Shown: positions 42,386 to 55,251, numbered from the stretch's first letter. The stretch is 64,000 bases of DNA from an uncultured delta proteobacterium (GCA_963785725.1 CAWAWS010000003.1:64001-128000); one strand, 5' to 3'. The notes: generated from the letters alone by a model not told the origin. Made by a program: numbers and translations.

Positions 42386-43801
42386 TTACGCGGCGTGATG
42401 CTGGACGGCGACGGTCGTCGTCGGCCGCATCGTCGCCGGAATCGCGATGACCTCCGCCAGCGCCGGCTGCGCGACCGGCTGGGCCACGAGCGCGTCGGAC
42501 GCGCCCAGCGTGTACACCCGACCGCGCCAATCGACCTTCCGCTTGAGCATGTTCTGCACGAGCACCGCCGGCGCAATCAGGAAGAACGCGACCGGCGTCC
42601 AGAAGAAGCGCGCCGGCACCTTCGCGCCGCCGTAGCGACGATTGAGCATGAACAGGCTGGCGCTCAGCATCGCCACCGCCGCCGCCGGCAAGAGCGCGGC
42701 CGCCGCATGACCCGAGACCAACGCCACCACCATCGCCGCGGTCGCCAGGAAGAACTCGGCGCCTTGCAGCCACTGACGCCACACGAACGACACCGGCAAA
42801 CCATTGCGCGAGAAGCTCATCCAGCGACGGAAGACCGGCAGGAACTGCTTGAGCGTCATGCCACCGGTCGCGATGTGCAGCGGCTTACGGCTCATGACGT
42901 TCTTGTAGCCCGCTTCGTAGACGCGCTTGCCGATGGCCATATCGTCGACGAGCTGGCCTTGCACCGACTGCACGCCGCCGATGGCATCGAGCGCCTCGCG
43001 ACGGAACACCATCAGCTGACCCATGATGAACGGCAGCTCGCGCTTCTCACCCGACGCGAAGGCCGCCAGCGGCGAGTAGAGCGCGTTCTGCATGAGCGCG
43101 TAGAGCACGTCGCCCGCGGCCTGCGGCGCCTGATGCACCAGCACCGGCGCGAACGCCGAGCCATTCTTGGGCGACGCCAACAGCGTGTCGACGACGCCGC
43201 GCAACACCTGATGATCGGGCCGCGTGTCGGAGTCGCCGAACGCGATCAGCTCGCCGCGGGCGCGACGCTGGCCGGCGACCATGGCGTTGAGCTTGCCCGT
43301 CATGCCCGCCGGCGGCGCGCCGGCGACGATGACGTCGGCCGTGCCCGGCAAGCCGGCGACGCGATGCGCCTTGACCGCCGCCTGCGCGATCGGCAGCCCC
43401 GGGTCATGCTCGTCGTCGAACACGAACAGCGTCTCGACTTGGCCGGGGTAGCCGGTGTCGAGCGCGGCCGCGAAGTTCTCGGCGGCGTCGACATCCTTGC
43501 CACGCACGGGACGAATGACGGTGATGGAAGGATAGTCGCGGCGGAGCTGCGGCGCCTCGGCGCGCGGCGTAATCGCCGCCGACAGCTTGCGATGCCAGGC
43601 CAGCGCCAGCGCGAAGGTGACGAGGCCCAAGCCGCCGACGGCGAGGCTGACGGCCGAGAGCGACGACAACGCGGCCAACGCCGACGCCAGCGCGGCGCGC
43701 GAGCGGTCTTCGCCGAAGTAGATGCCGACGATGTCGAACGCCAGCGCCGCGCCGAGCAGAATCAAACCGACCATTCCCTTGCCTTCGTCCGTGCGTTTCA
43801 T
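42386..43801 (-). CDS. GT2/GT21 glycosyltransferase (ceramide glucosyltransferase/HpnI-like)
   Basis: ITVIRPVRG; GKLNAM; FGDSD; MGQLMVFRREALDAIGG; LVDDMAIG; RRW. Confidence 0.82.
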   Translation of the reverse strand: MKRTDEGKGMVGLILLGAALAFDIVGIYFGEDRSRAALASALAALSSLSAVSLAVGGLGLVTFALALAWHRKLSAAITPRAEAPQLRRDYPSITVIRPVRGKDVDAAENFAAALDTGYPGQVETLFVFDDEHDPGLPIAQAAVKAHRVAGLPGTADVIVAGAPPAGMTGKLNAMVAGQRRARGELIAFGDSDTRPDHQVLRGVVDTLLASPKNGSAFAPVLVHQAPQAAGDVLYALMQNALYSPLAAFASGEKRELPFIMGQLMVFRREALDAIGGVQSVQGQLVDDMAIGKRVYEAGYKNVMSRKPLHIATGGMTLKQFLPVFRRWMSFSRNGLPVSFVWRQWLQGAEFFLATAAMVVALVSGHAAAALLPAAAVAMLSASLFMLNRRYGGAKVPARFFWTPVAFFLIAPAVLVQNMLKRKVDWRGRVYTLGASDALVAQPVAQPALAEVIAIPATMRPTTTVAVQHHAA

Positions 43802-44043
43802 CGTCAGCTCCAGCGTTAGAAGTCGACTTCCGCTAAAGCATCCGGCGTGCCGTCGCGAAACCCGCGGACGGCGCGGCTTTCGTGCGCGGCTGTTGGCTTT
43901 CGCGGCGCCGCGGTGGTGAATTCCGCGGCAGCTTCAACCGCGCGTCCGACAGGAGGTGCGACAGCTCACGCGAGGTGTGCAGGTTAATGATGATGGGTAA
44001 CATCGTAGCGAATGATGACGGGGATCATCGATGCGTCTGCCGG

Positions 44044-44274
44044 CGATCGAGTCGGGTGGCTCGGCCGACGGTCGATTCGGCTGGCTCGGGCGACGACCGA
44101 TTCCGGCAGGTCCGTAGACGATCGATTCCGGATCGTACGCGACGATTCCGGATCGTCCGCAGACGATGGATTCTGGATCGTCCGCGGCGATCGATTCCGG
44201 CAGGTCCGCAGACGATCGATTCCGGGTCATCCGCGGCGATCGATTCCGGCAGGTCCGCAGACGATCGATTCCGG
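44044..44274. repeat. Degenerate tandem repeat of about 24-25 bp (GACGATCGATTCCGGCAGGTCCGCA-like), about 9-10 units
   Basis: GATT cores near 44074, 44099, 44124, 44144, 44169, 44193, 44218, 44242 and 44267. Confidence 0.85.
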
Positions 44275-44381
44275 AGGATGGTGGGCTACCGACGGGCCAA
44301 TGGCGACCCCCAGCCGCCCTCCCTGATTATCGGGCGCTCCGCCGAGAAGTTGCGTCCTCGGCTCGCGACATCCGAAAATGC

Positions 44382-44408
44382 AAAAGGGCCCGGGAATCCC
44401 GAGCCCTT
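44382..44408 (-). terminator. Rho-independent terminator after the START-domain gene
   Basis: Minus strand reads AAGGGCTCGGG-ATT-CCCGGGCCC-TTTT. Confidence 0.65.
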
Positions 44409-44433
44409 CGGCAGCCACGAAAGCGACGCGCGA

Positions 44434-45048
44434 CTAGCGCTTCGAGTACGCGCCGATGACGCCGTTACGATGATCGTTGACCATCTTGCGGATGCCGACG
44501 AACACGTTCGGCAGATCCTTGGCCGCGCCGCCGCTGATCATCCACTTCGGCACCGAGCCCGCGAAATCGATGCGCACATGGTAGATGGCGTAAGTCGCCG
44601 TGCCGCCGCGAATCGGGCGCAATTCCCACTGCCCGGTCAGCGTCGTCATGCGCACCGCCTTCTTGGTCGCGCCCGGACCGCGCGAGTTGTCGACGTGAAA
44701 GCGAATGCCGTTGGGCGTGCCTTCGGTCCAATTGATGAGCAGCGTGAAGTCGCGATCTTTGATGACCGGCAGCTTCAAGTGCTGATAGACCGCCTGCTCG
44801 CCCTGGCCACGCGTCAACACCGTGCTCTCGGCCAGGTGCGGGTTGACGCGCGGGTGATTGCCGTAGTCGAGCAGCGCCGTCTGGACTTCGGCCGGCGACG
44901 CGTCGAACTCGCCGGTCGCAGCCAGCTCGGTCATGGCCGCGGCCTTCTTCTGAAAGACGGCGACGCCGTCATGGCCGCCGATCGCGGAGAAGCCCGGCTC
45001 CACCAGCGCGGCAGCAACTGCAAACATCGAAACGATGATGGCGCTCAT
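44434..45048 (-). CDS. START/SRPBCC-domain exported protein
   Basis: VYQHLKLPVIKDRDF; GQWELRP; DFAGSVPKWM. Confidence 0.78.
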   Translation of the reverse strand: MSAIIVSMFAVAAALVEPGFSAIGGHDGVAVFQKKAAAMTELAATGEFDASPAEVQTALLDYGNHPRVNPHLAESTVLTRGQGEQAVYQHLKLPVIKDRDFTLLINWTEGTPNGIRFHVDNSRGPGATKKAVRMTTLTGQWELRPIRGGTATYAIYHVRIDFAGSVPKWMISGGAAKDLPNVFVGIRKMVNDHRNGVIGAYSKR

Positions 45049-45328
45049 TGTCGTTCTCCTGTCTCTCGCCATTCCCTAAAGCAAGCGCCGGGCCGCTCGC
45101 GAAACTCACTCTTTCAGCGCACTTAGCGATTCATCGGCGATCGCGACGGGCGAATGTTCGACAGCTGCTGTCGCGATTTCGAGCGCCGAGCGGCGTGGAT
45201 CACGACGGCTGCCGGCGACCGTCGTCATGGCGAACCTGGCGCGCCACGACGCCCGGCGGCGCGCGCTCATTGTATTGTGGGCGCCGATCATCATTGCGCG
45301 CATCGAGCGCCTAGACGAGGAGCCGTGC

Positions 45329-46534
45329 ATGAGCTCGAAGGGTCTTTCGCAGTCGGGGCTGCAGCGGCTGCATCGCGTGCTGTCCGGTCACGTCGAGCGC
45401 CGCGAGCTGCCGGGCTTGGTCGCCGTCGTCAGCCGCCACGATGACCTGCACGTCGAGTGCTTAGGCACGCTGTCGGTCGGCCAGCCGGCGCCGATGCAGC
45501 GCGACACGATCTTCCGCATCGCGTCGCTGACGAAGCCGATCGTGGCCGCGGCGGCGATGATGCTCGTCGAAGAATGTCGGCTGCGCCTCGACGAGTCGAT
45601 CGAGCACTGGCTACCGGAGCTGGCCAATCGACGCGTGCTGAAGTCGATCTCGTCGCCGCTCGATCACACGGTGCCGGCCAATCGCGCGATCACGGTGCGC
45701 GACCTCTTGACCTATCGCATGGGCTTCGGAAGCGTCATGGCGCCGCCCGACACCTATCCGATCCAGAGGCTCATTCGCGAATACAAGATCGGCGGCGATG
45801 GTCCGCCGCTGCCGGCGCTGGCGCCGACCACCGAGCAGTGGCTGCAGAGTCTGGCGTCGCTGCCGTGGCTGGCGCAGCCGGGCGAGCAGTGGCTGTACAA
45901 CACCAGCGCCGACGTGCTCGGCATCCTCGTCGCGCGCGTCGCCGGGCAGCCGCTGGGCGAGCTCTTGCGCGAGCGCATCTTTGCGCCGCTGGGCATGAAA
46001 GACACGGCGTTTTACGTGCCGGCCGACAAGCGCGCGCGGCTGGCCGAGAGCTACCGCTTCGACGCGCAAACGAGCACGCTGCAAGTCTACGATCGCGCGC
46101 AGGACAGCGCCTGGGGTGCGCCGCCGCCGATCGAATCGGGCGCCGGCGGGCTCGTCGGCACGCTCGACGACTACTTCGCCTTTTGCCGCATGATGCTCGA
46201 TCGCGGCCGCTACGGCGGCGTGCAACTGTTGTCGCGCGCCAGCGTCGCGCTCATGACGTCCGATCAGCTGACGCCGGCCGAGCGCGCGGGCTCCGCCCTC
46301 TTCTTCGGCGCGCACTCGAGCTGGGGCTTCGGCCTGTCGGTCGACATCCAGCGCGACCAGCTCTACCGCTCGCCCGGCCGCTTCGGCTGGGACGGCGGCC
46401 TCGGCACGTCCGGCTATGTCGATCCGGCCGAGCAGCTCATCGGCATCCTGTTCACGCAGCGCATGATGGAGTCGCCCGAGCCGCCGCGCGTCTTCAGCGA
46501 CTTCTGGACGACCGCCTACGCAGCGATGGAATAG
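45329..46534 (+). CDS. Serine hydrolase, beta-lactamase class C/esterase family
   Basis: FRIASLTK (SxxK); DLLTYRMG; PGEQWLYN; IFAPLGMKDT; FGWDGGLGT. Confidence 0.92.
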   Translation: MSSKGLSQSGLQRLHRVLSGHVERRELPGLVAVVSRHDDLHVECLGTLSVGQPAPMQRDTIFRIASLTKPIVAAAAMMLVEECRLRLDESIEHWLPELANRRVLKSISSPLDHTVPANRAITVRDLLTYRMGFGSVMAPPDTYPIQRLIREYKIGGDGPPLPALAPTTEQWLQSLASLPWLAQPGEQWLYNTSADVLGILVARVAGQPLGELLRERIFAPLGMKDTAFYVPADKRARLAESYRFDAQTSTLQVYDRAQDSAWGAPPPIESGAGGLVGTLDDYFAFCRMMLDRGRYGGVQLLSRASVALMTSDQLTPAERAGSALFFGAHSSWGFGLSVDIQRDQLYRSPGRFGWDGGLGTSGYVDPAEQLIGILFTQRMMESPEPPRVFSDFWTTAYAAME

Positions 46535-46550
46535 CGTGCAGGACTAAGCA

Positions 46551-48168
<1,618 letters not shown>

Positions 48169-48176
<8 letters not shown>

Positions 48177-49557
48177 GGACGATTCCTCCGCGTGGACCGG
48201 GCACCGAGAACATGAGGATGGTCGCTGGCCCGCTCGCCGACAAGCGGTAGCCGCCGCGCATCGTCGCCGGGATGAACGCGGGCACGCTCGGGCTCAGCAT
48301 CGACGTCGAGCCGTTGTCGTCGGTGAGCTCGACATCGCCGCGCACGACCACGAGCTGCTGAAAGACGCCCGGGCCGTGATCGCCCGACCACGTCGCCGGG
48401 ATCGTGCTCGTGCCGTCGAGCTCGAGGCGATGCGCGGTGAAGAACGGCCACTCGGCCTCGTCGACGAGCCGGAGCAGCTGCGCGCGATGCTGGCCGCGCT
48501 CGCCGATCGGCACCGGCACGCGGCGCAGCGCATCGATCGACGTCGCGCTCAGGTCGACGCCGAGCAGCTGCTGCGCCAAGTCGACGCTGCGCAGGCCGTG
48601 GTTGGCGTCGCCTTTGCGGAAGCGGGCGCGCTGACCGTCCCAGATGAACGGCGTGTAGAAGTCGGCGAGGCTGTAGGTGGTATCCGAGCTCTGCTGCGGC
48701 TCGACCAGCGTCAGCTTGCCGTCGATCGACATCGGCAGCCAGCCTTCATTCTTCGGCGGCGCCAGGTTCTGCGCGCGAAGCGCCGGCAAATCGGCGGCGG
48801 CAATGAGGCCGTGCAAGTCACTGTCGGTGCCGCCCGCTTGCGCCAGCCGACGCAGCTGCCGCAGCAACGTCTGCAACGCCGGCCGCGTGTGATCGAGCGG
48901 ATGCGTCTGATGCGAGAGACCGAAGATGGCGTGCATGACGCCCGCCGACGTCAAGAGCAGGTTGCCGTCTTCGCGCTCGAGGTCGACCTCGTTGAGCACC
49001 TCGACGATCTGCGCGCGATTGGTGCGCAGCTGATCGAGCCACTCGGTCAGCCGCTCGGTCTTGCCTTCGTGCGTGAACGGCTGCAGCCGCGCCGCCAGGT
49101 TCGCCGTGTCGTCGCTCTGCCAACGCACGCGCGCCTGCAAGGTCGCCCAATCGGAATACAGCGACGCGAAGGACTCGAAGCGCGCGCGATCCGTCAGATT
49201 CAGCGACGAGAGCAGCTGCCGCAAGAGCGCCTGCTCGCGAGCGAGCCAGCCGGTCAGCTCGGCGCGGTCGACGTCGCGGTTGAAGCCGACGTGCACGAGC
49301 GGCGGGAAGTCGGCGTGCAGGAATTTGGTGAAGATGGGCAGATCGTCGCCGAAGAGCGCGCGCGACCAATCGCCGAGCACCTCGGGATGGGCAGCGACGA
49401 TGTCGGCGAGCGCGGGGCTGCCGGGCGCGTTGGAGACGATGGCGCCGGCCTCTCGTCGCGCCGAGTTGAGCCAACGTTCGCTGCCCCACGACTTCGGCGA
49501 ATCGACGGCGCGAAGGACGAAGGCGCGCCGCTCGAGGTCGATCTCGTTCGTTTCCAT
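48169..49557 (-). CDS. Divergent type I mannose-6-phosphate isomerase-like cupin
   Basis: PKSWG.E.W; LPIFTKFL; GVMHAI; LSHQTHP; KNEGW; EPQQSSDTTYSLADF; overlaps the phosphomannomutase start. Confidence 0.7.
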
Positions 49558-49846
49558 GGTGTGCCTCAAAGCATTGGCAATGCCAACTGTAAGCTATTGA
49601 ATTGTGCCGGCATCTGTTGCGTTCGTCGACACTTTCGCCACAGTGGCGTCGGAAAGTGCAACGTGAGCGCTCGGCGTGCGACGGCGTTCGCATGCGTGCG
49701 GCGAGCGGTTCGGCGCGTGCGCGGACGATCTCGGTCGGCGGGTTCGGCGCGGGCGGGGAAGGTTTCGGCGGCGCGGAGGCGGTGGCCGGCACGGCTTCGG
49801 CGCGCGGGCCGGCGCTGCCCAACGGTTGGCTTGCGATCGTGGCCGA

Positions 49847-50515
49847 CTATTGCCCGCCCGGCAGCGGACCAGGACCATGGAAGTGAGGGATGCAGCGACC
49901 CAAGATGCACACAGTCCCGGTCGCGCAGATCTGACTGTGCCTCTCGCCATACTCATCGCAGGTGATCACGGCGTTGCCGCTGCAGCTGGCGCTGCCGGCG
50001 ACACAGGGAGTGATCGGGGTGTTCGGCGCGTCCCACTTGATGGTGTCGGCGATCTGCGTGCAGTGCGCCGCGTTGGCGGTCTCGTAGTAGCCGAAGTCAT
50101 CTTGGCAGCCGATGCCGACAAAGGCGCCCGACTCCGTCGACGACTGGAACGCGCGCACGTGGCCGGCCCAGCCGCCGCCCAACGGATAGGGGACGTCCGC
50201 GAGCTGAAAAGAGAGCTGTTCGTCCGGGTTGTACACGCACACCAGATTGCTCGCGGGATCGAGCTGCGGGGCGCCGGCGCCGGTCACGAGCGGCGCGTCG
50301 GAGAGCAGGATGCCCACGCTCGGGTCGCACTCGGCCATGGCCATGTCGACGGTGCCGACGCTGAACGGCCTGATGGCGACGCCGGAGCTGTGCACGATCG
50401 GCTGATGCATCGCGTCCCAGGTTACGGAGGTGATGCTGTGTGTATGGGCAGGCGACTCGGCATTGTTGCAACCGGCGATCGCGAGCAGGCACAGCAACGA
50501 GCGTAGTCTAGACAT
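49847..50515 (-). CDS. Hypothetical lipoprotein with Cys-rich tail
   Basis: MSRLRSLLCLLAIAGC lipobox; C-terminal C..GSASCSGN...C motif. Confidence 0.65.
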   Translation of the reverse strand: MSRLRSLLCLLAIAGCNNAESPAHTHSITSVTWDAMHQPIVHSSGVAIRPFSVGTVDMAMAECDPSVGILLSDAPLVTGAGAPQLDPASNLVCVYNPDEQLSFQLADVPYPLGGGWAGHVRAFQSSTESGAFVGIGCQDDFGYYETANAAHCTQIADTIKWDAPNTPITPCVAGSASCSGNAVITCDEYGERHSQICATGTVCILGRCIPHFHGPGPLPGGQ

Positions 50516-50890
50516 TGGGCGACTCCTTGGGTTGCGGCGTCGCGTTGCAAATTTCGTCCCGCGTGCGTCGCGGCGTCGAATGCGCCGTTGCCGCGTCGCG
50601 CGTAGCCGAGCCGTCCACAGGCTGATCATTGACTAGTCGCGCGACGACACCAGCGTGTCAGCGCGCAGCGCGACCAGATCATGGCTGTCGCAGACCACCG
50701 TGGCATTCCTGTCGCGCGCTGGACTGGACGTGGTCACCGAGAGGAGCAGCTGCTCGTCGTCGAGACGCGGAGAGGCGCGCAGCGTTCGCGAGGCCGAAGC
50801 GAGACTCGTCGGCTTGGTCGCCGCCGGCGCGCCGCATTCGGCACTGATTCCGTGCAAGTCTGGCGCATCGTGTGCATAGCCGTGGCAGCC

Positions 50891-52804
50891 ATGTCACCGG
50901 TCTGGGTGCGCGCTCCACTCGGCATCGCGCCGCTGCTCGCCGTTGCGCTCGCAGGCGGCTGCCATCGCTCCCGCGCCGCCTGCAATCCGCTCGTCGGCGA
51001 CGATTGCTTGACGCCCTTTCCGTCGAGCATCTACCTCGTGCCCGATGCCAACAGCGCCACCGGCGTGCGCGTACAGATCCCCGAAGACGCGCTGCCGCAA
51101 CAGGCCGGCGCCGGCGGACACGTCCGCCCCGATCGGCTCGACCGGCTGGACGGCTTCTCGCCGGCGACGCCCTTTCTCGTCTACTTCCGCCGCGGCGTCG
51201 CGGCCGCGCAGCTGCCGCGCGCCGACGACCCCGAGCGCTCGACGCGCGTGACCTCGCCGGTGCAGATCCTCGAATATGCGACGGGCGCGCGGGTCCCGCT
51301 CATGGCCGAGCTCGACGAGGCGGCGCGCCACAATGGCCGCCAAGCGCTCGTCATTCGCCCGCTCGTGCGGCTGCGGCCGGGCACGCGCTACATCGTCGCG
51401 CTCGTCGGGCTGCGCGATGCGAGCGGCGCGCCGCTCGAGCCCGCGCCCTTTTTGGCGCTGCGCGATCGCACGCCGCTGCCGCCGACGCTGGCACCGCTGG
51501 CGCCGCGCTACGAGGAGATCTTCGCCGCGCTCGAGCGCGCCCAGGTGCCGCGTGCCACGCTGAGCCTCGCTTGGGACGTCACCACGGCATCGGACGCGAC
51601 CGCGACCGCTCACCTCGTCGGCATGCGCAACACGGCGCTGGCGCTGCTCGGCGCGGGCAAGCTCGGCTATACCATCTCGTCGATTCGCGAGCCGGCGCAC
51701 GATCCGCTGCTGCTACGCGAGCTCGGCGCGACCGTCCAAGTGCCCTCGTTCCTCGCGCCCGACGGCCGGACGCTGAACCTCGACGACGCGGGCCGCCCGA
51801 AGATGCGCGCGCTCGTCGACGTGCCCTTCTTCGCGCACGTGCCCGTATGCGCGCGGCGCGCGACGCATTCGCTGCCCATCGTCGTCATCGGCCATGCGCT
51901 GCTCGGCAACGCGCGCGAGACGTTGAACCTGCTCGCGCTCGAGCGCTTCGCCAACCAATATTGTGCGATCGTCGTCGCCACCGACTGGCTCGGCCTGGCC
52001 ACGTCCGACCTCGCCATGCTGGCCGAGCTGCTGCCGAGCGACTTCAATCGCATCTACGCCGTGACCGATCGTTTGCAACAAGCCCACGTCAACGCGCAGG
52101 TCATGACACGCCAGCTCGTGACGCACATCAAGGACGATCCTGCGCTGGCCCTCGACGGACGCGCGCTCACCGACGGCAGCGAGGTCTACTACTTCGGCGT
52201 CTCCAACGGTGGCATCCAAGGTCCGGCGTATCTCGCGCTCAGCCCCGACGTGACGCGCGGCGTGCTCCAGGTCGCCGGCGCCGACTGGTCGCTGATGCTC
52301 TTTCGCTGCAGCGATTTTCGCCTCTTGCTCCATCTGATGGCGGGTCCGCTGCCCGATCCGCTCGATCGCCAGATCGCCGTCGCCGCGATGCAGTCGGAGT
52401 GGGACTACACCGACGCCGCGACGTTCGCGCCGCATCTGCTCGCCGATCCATTGCCGGGCAGCGGACGCAAACACGTGCTGCTGCAAGAGTCGCTCGGCGA
52501 TGCCGAAGTGACCAACCTCGCCACCGAGCTCCTGGCGCGCACGGTCGGCGTGGCGGGGCTGCAGCTCTTGCGGCCCGTCTTCGACATCGCCTCGGCGCCG
52601 CCGCCGCTCGACTCGGCGCTGACGCAGTGGGATCTGCGACCCAACGTGCTACCGCCGGCGAGCAATACGGCGCTGCCGCACGACAACGGCGCGCACACCG
52701 TGCTCTATGGCTATCCGGTCGCGCAGCAGCAGGTGATGCGGTTTTTCCAGCCCGAAGGCCGCGTCACCGACGTCTGCCACGGACCCTGCACCATCGGCTT
52801 CTAA
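50891..52804 (+). CDS. Lipoprotein with alpha/beta-hydrolase-like C-terminal domain
   Basis: LAGGC; CLTPFPS; DGFSP; nucleophile elbow YFGVSNGGI; GDAEVTN; NGAH. Confidence 0.75.
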   Translation: MSPVWVRAPLGIAPLLAVALAGGCHRSRAACNPLVGDDCLTPFPSSIYLVPDANSATGVRVQIPEDALPQQAGAGGHVRPDRLDRLDGFSPATPFLVYFRRGVAAAQLPRADDPERSTRVTSPVQILEYATGARVPLMAELDEAARHNGRQALVIRPLVRLRPGTRYIVALVGLRDASGAPLEPAPFLALRDRTPLPPTLAPLAPRYEEIFAALERAQVPRATLSLAWDVTTASDATATAHLVGMRNTALALLGAGKLGYTISSIREPAHDPLLLRELGATVQVPSFLAPDGRTLNLDDAGRPKMRALVDVPFFAHVPVCARRATHSLPIVVIGHALLGNARETLNLLALERFANQYCAIVVATDWLGLATSDLAMLAELLPSDFNRIYAVTDRLQQAHVNAQVMTRQLVTHIKDDPALALDGRALTDGSEVYYFGVSNGGIQGPAYLALSPDVTRGVLQVAGADWSLMLFRCSDFRLLLHLMAGPLPDPLDRQIAVAAMQSEWDYTDAATFAPHLLADPLPGSGRKHVLLQESLGDAEVTNLATELLARTVGVAGLQLLRPVFDIASAPPPLDSALTQWDLRPNVLPPASNTALPHDNGAHTVLYGYPVAQQQVMRFFQPEGRVTDVCHGPCTIGF

Positions 52805-52829
52805 AAAAAGCCCGCACCGAAGTGCGGGC
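52803..52829 (-). terminator. Rho-independent terminator
   Basis: Minus strand reads GCCCGCAC-TTCG-GTGCGGGC-TTTTTTT, downstream of 52859..53305. Confidence 0.85.
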
Positions 52830-52858
52830 CTGGGTTCGACGTCGGCGAACGACGTTGC

Positions 52859-53305
52859 TTAGAAGCAGCCGCTGCCGGCGCGGATGCCACACTGCGACAG
52901 CGAGATCGACGTGAACGTGACCGACGCCGTGCCGCCCGGCGTGTCGAGGTCCTTGGCCATGACGGTCACCGGGTTGTCCTGCGCCTGCCAGTTGTTGTAG
53001 CAATCGGGGCCGCCGCCCGCCGGCAAGAACCCGAACAGGAACTCGAGGTTGTTGACGTCGCCCTTCGCGTCGGCCTTGCCCTCGCCGAGATTCACCCAGC
53101 CCGACTCGCCGTAGACGCCGAGGAGCTCGACTTGGACGGTGCCGTTGGGCGTAAAGCCCGAGCCCGACACGTGGATGAGGCCGCCCGGGCACTCCTCCGA
53201 GTCGACGAACGACGTGATCGTGGGGTTGGTCGTGCACGCCGCCGACGGAACGAGGAACGCACCTGCTACCAGTGCTGCTGCTGCGAGCTTCAGAACATAG
53301 GTCAT
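52859..53305 (-). CDS. Hypothetical exported protein
   Basis: SD AGGAGG, signal peptide, Ig-like VSGSGFTPNG.V motif, followed by a terminator. Confidence 0.7.
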   Translation of the reverse strand: MTYVLKLAAAALVAGAFLVPSAACTTNPTITSFVDSEECPGGLIHVSGSGFTPNGTVQVELLGVYGESGWVNLGEGKADAKGDVNNLEFLFGFLPAGGGPDCYNNWQAQDNPVTVMAKDLDTPGGTASVTFTSISLSQCGIRAGSGCF

Positions 53306-53593
53306 ATGGGACCCTCCTGAGCGCGCGCACCGTGCAACGAACGTACCTCGTATCGTTTATCGAATAATCTGTTTTCGATTATTATGAATCGCAGCAGAAT
53401 ACGGCGGCGGCTCGTGCGTTGAACCTCGCGGCGCGCCGCGGGTTCCGTCGTCCTGCTGTCGCTCCGACGGCAACTTTCGCTGGCGACTGCAGCTTTATTA
53501 GCAACTGCAAGGTATGCGCTGGCGCACGTGCACGAGCGCGTGACAGCTCGTGATCCAAATCAACCGATATTCACACATATGTTTCGATATCGA

Positions 53594-54472
53594 TTATGCC
53601 GACGATCGCGTGAGGCTGACACGCGATCGCGACCACCGCTCGACGACGAGCGCGCAGCCGATCGCAGCCAGCGCCAAGGACTGCGACGTCGACACGTGCG
53701 CGAGCAGATAGCGGCGCTCCTCGTCGCCGCGCAGCCACTCGAGCGCGAAACGCAAGAGACCGTAGCCGCCGAGCCAAGCGAGGAACACCTGTCCGTCGTA
53801 GCGACGCCGCGGCAGCAGCCAGACGAGCAGGAAGAACAGCGCAAGCTCGCCTGCGGCCTCGTAGAGCTGCACGGGATGCAGAGGCGGCGTCGTGACTGCG
53901 AAGGGAATGTGGCCGGCGGCGAAGAGCTGCTCGAAGGCGAGGCTATCGCGCCCGAAGCGCACCGCCCACGGCGCGTCGCTCGCCGTCCCGTAGCAGCAGC
54001 CGGCGAGGAAGCAGCCGACGCGACCGACGGCGTGACCGAGCGCCACCGACGGGATGAGAAAGTCGAGCGTGCGGGCGAAGCCGAGGCCGGAGCGGCGCGT
54101 GTAGGCGGCGAGAAAAATCAGGCAGCCGATGACGCCGCCGTAAAACACGAGGTCGCCGCCTTGCCAAATGCGCAGCGCTTGCGTGCAGCCGACGAGCGCC
54201 TGTGCCGTCGAGCCGGAAGCAATCCCGGCGCGGCACAGCGTCACGAAGCGGTCGGGATTGGTGGCGACGAACAAGAGCCGCCCACCGATGAGCGACGCGA
54301 GGACCAGCCCGATCCACAGGCCCGCGACGACGCGCGGGTCCACACCGGCGCTGCGCGCGTGGCGATGCGCGACGAGCGCCGCGACGGCGAAGCCGATCGC
54401 AGCCAGCACGCCGTAGCTGGCGAACGGCACTTCGCGTCCGAGCCAATGGAGCTGAAAGAGGATGGGATGCAT
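53594..54472 (-). CDS. lgt: Prolipoprotein diacylglyceryl transferase family protein
   Basis: MHPIL; GGRLLFV; VFYGG; GRVGCFLAGCCYG; LHPVQLYE; RFALEWLRGD. Confidence 0.9.
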   Translation of the reverse strand: MHPILFQLHWLGREVPFASYGVLAAIGFAVAALVAHRHARSAGVDPRVVAGLWIGLVLASLIGGRLLFVATNPDRFVTLCRAGIASGSTAQALVGCTQALRIWQGGDLVFYGGVIGCLIFLAAYTRRSGLGFARTLDFLIPSVALGHAVGRVGCFLAGCCYGTASDAPWAVRFGRDSLAFEQLFAAGHIPFAVTTPPLHPVQLYEAAGELALFFLLVWLLPRRRYDGQVFLAWLGGYGLLRFALEWLRGDEERRYLLAHVSTSQSLALAAIGCALVVERWSRSRVSLTRSSA

Positions 54473-54780
54473 GACCGATGGCGCTAATTGCAGATTCGAT
54501 GCCACGCATTGGGGCGTAGCGCGGCGGTGGGGCCGGCCGCGGAAGCTGCGCAAACGCCAGACGCCGCTACTGCCAAACCCCTCTACGAATACTCAATCAA
54601 ACCAGCCCAGCTCAGCCAATGCTCGGTGATCGCCCGATTCGCCAAGCGAACGGTCATTGTCGTGGTCTTCGAGCGCAAGCAGCACCCATTTCTCGTCGCT
54701 GTTTGCGCGCACGTCGGCGTCGCCGCTGCCGGAGCCCGCGCCGTCCTTGCCGTCGCGACGCGGACAAGCGGGCGTCGACG

Positions 54781-55251
54781 TCAGAAACGGAAGAGCGCGT
54801 CGTTGCTGCTGCTGGTACGCCTGCGCAGCGCGCGCTCGCGCCGGGCGCCGGTAGCCCAGACGGGCAGGCCGACCAACATGATGAGGTCGCTCGAGAGGCT
54901 GACGAGAACGCCGGAGATGAAGATCGACTGGGCGCGATGGCTGGCCGCGCTCTGCGCCGGCGACGCGCCGCCACCGCACGGTCCTTCCTCGGGCGCGAAG
55001 CTCGAGAAGCACGAATTGGGCATCGTGACGCCGGCGACCAGCAGGCTGGCGCCGAGCGCGTTCAAGCCGAAGCCGACGGCGCTGATGCCGGCGCCGGTGA
55101 GCTTCGCTTCACGGGCCGCCGCCAGATACTCGGCCTTCTCGTCGGCGCGCGCGGGCCCGGCCACATCGGCGAAGAGGACCACGCCCGCGATCGCGGCGGC
55201 ATAGAGGCGAAGGCGAAGCAGGCGAGGAGGTCTACGTTGGTCGTGGCTCAC
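54781..55251 (-). CDS. Hypothetical membrane protein
   Basis: Signal-like N-terminus and two hydrophobic segments ending in VGLPVWATG. Confidence 0.5.
   Translation of the reverse strand: MSHDQRRPPRLLRLRLYAAAIAGVVLFADVAGPARADEKAEYLAAAREAKLTGAGISAVGFGLNALGASLLVAGVTMPNSCFSSFAPEEGPCGGGASPAQSAASHRAQSIFISGVLVSLSSDLIMLVGLPVWATGARRERALRRRTSSSNDALFRF

Noticed and set aside
44044..44274. 24-25 bp array as a CRISPR array
   Set aside because: Linkers are about 10 bp and recur, so they are not unique spacers.
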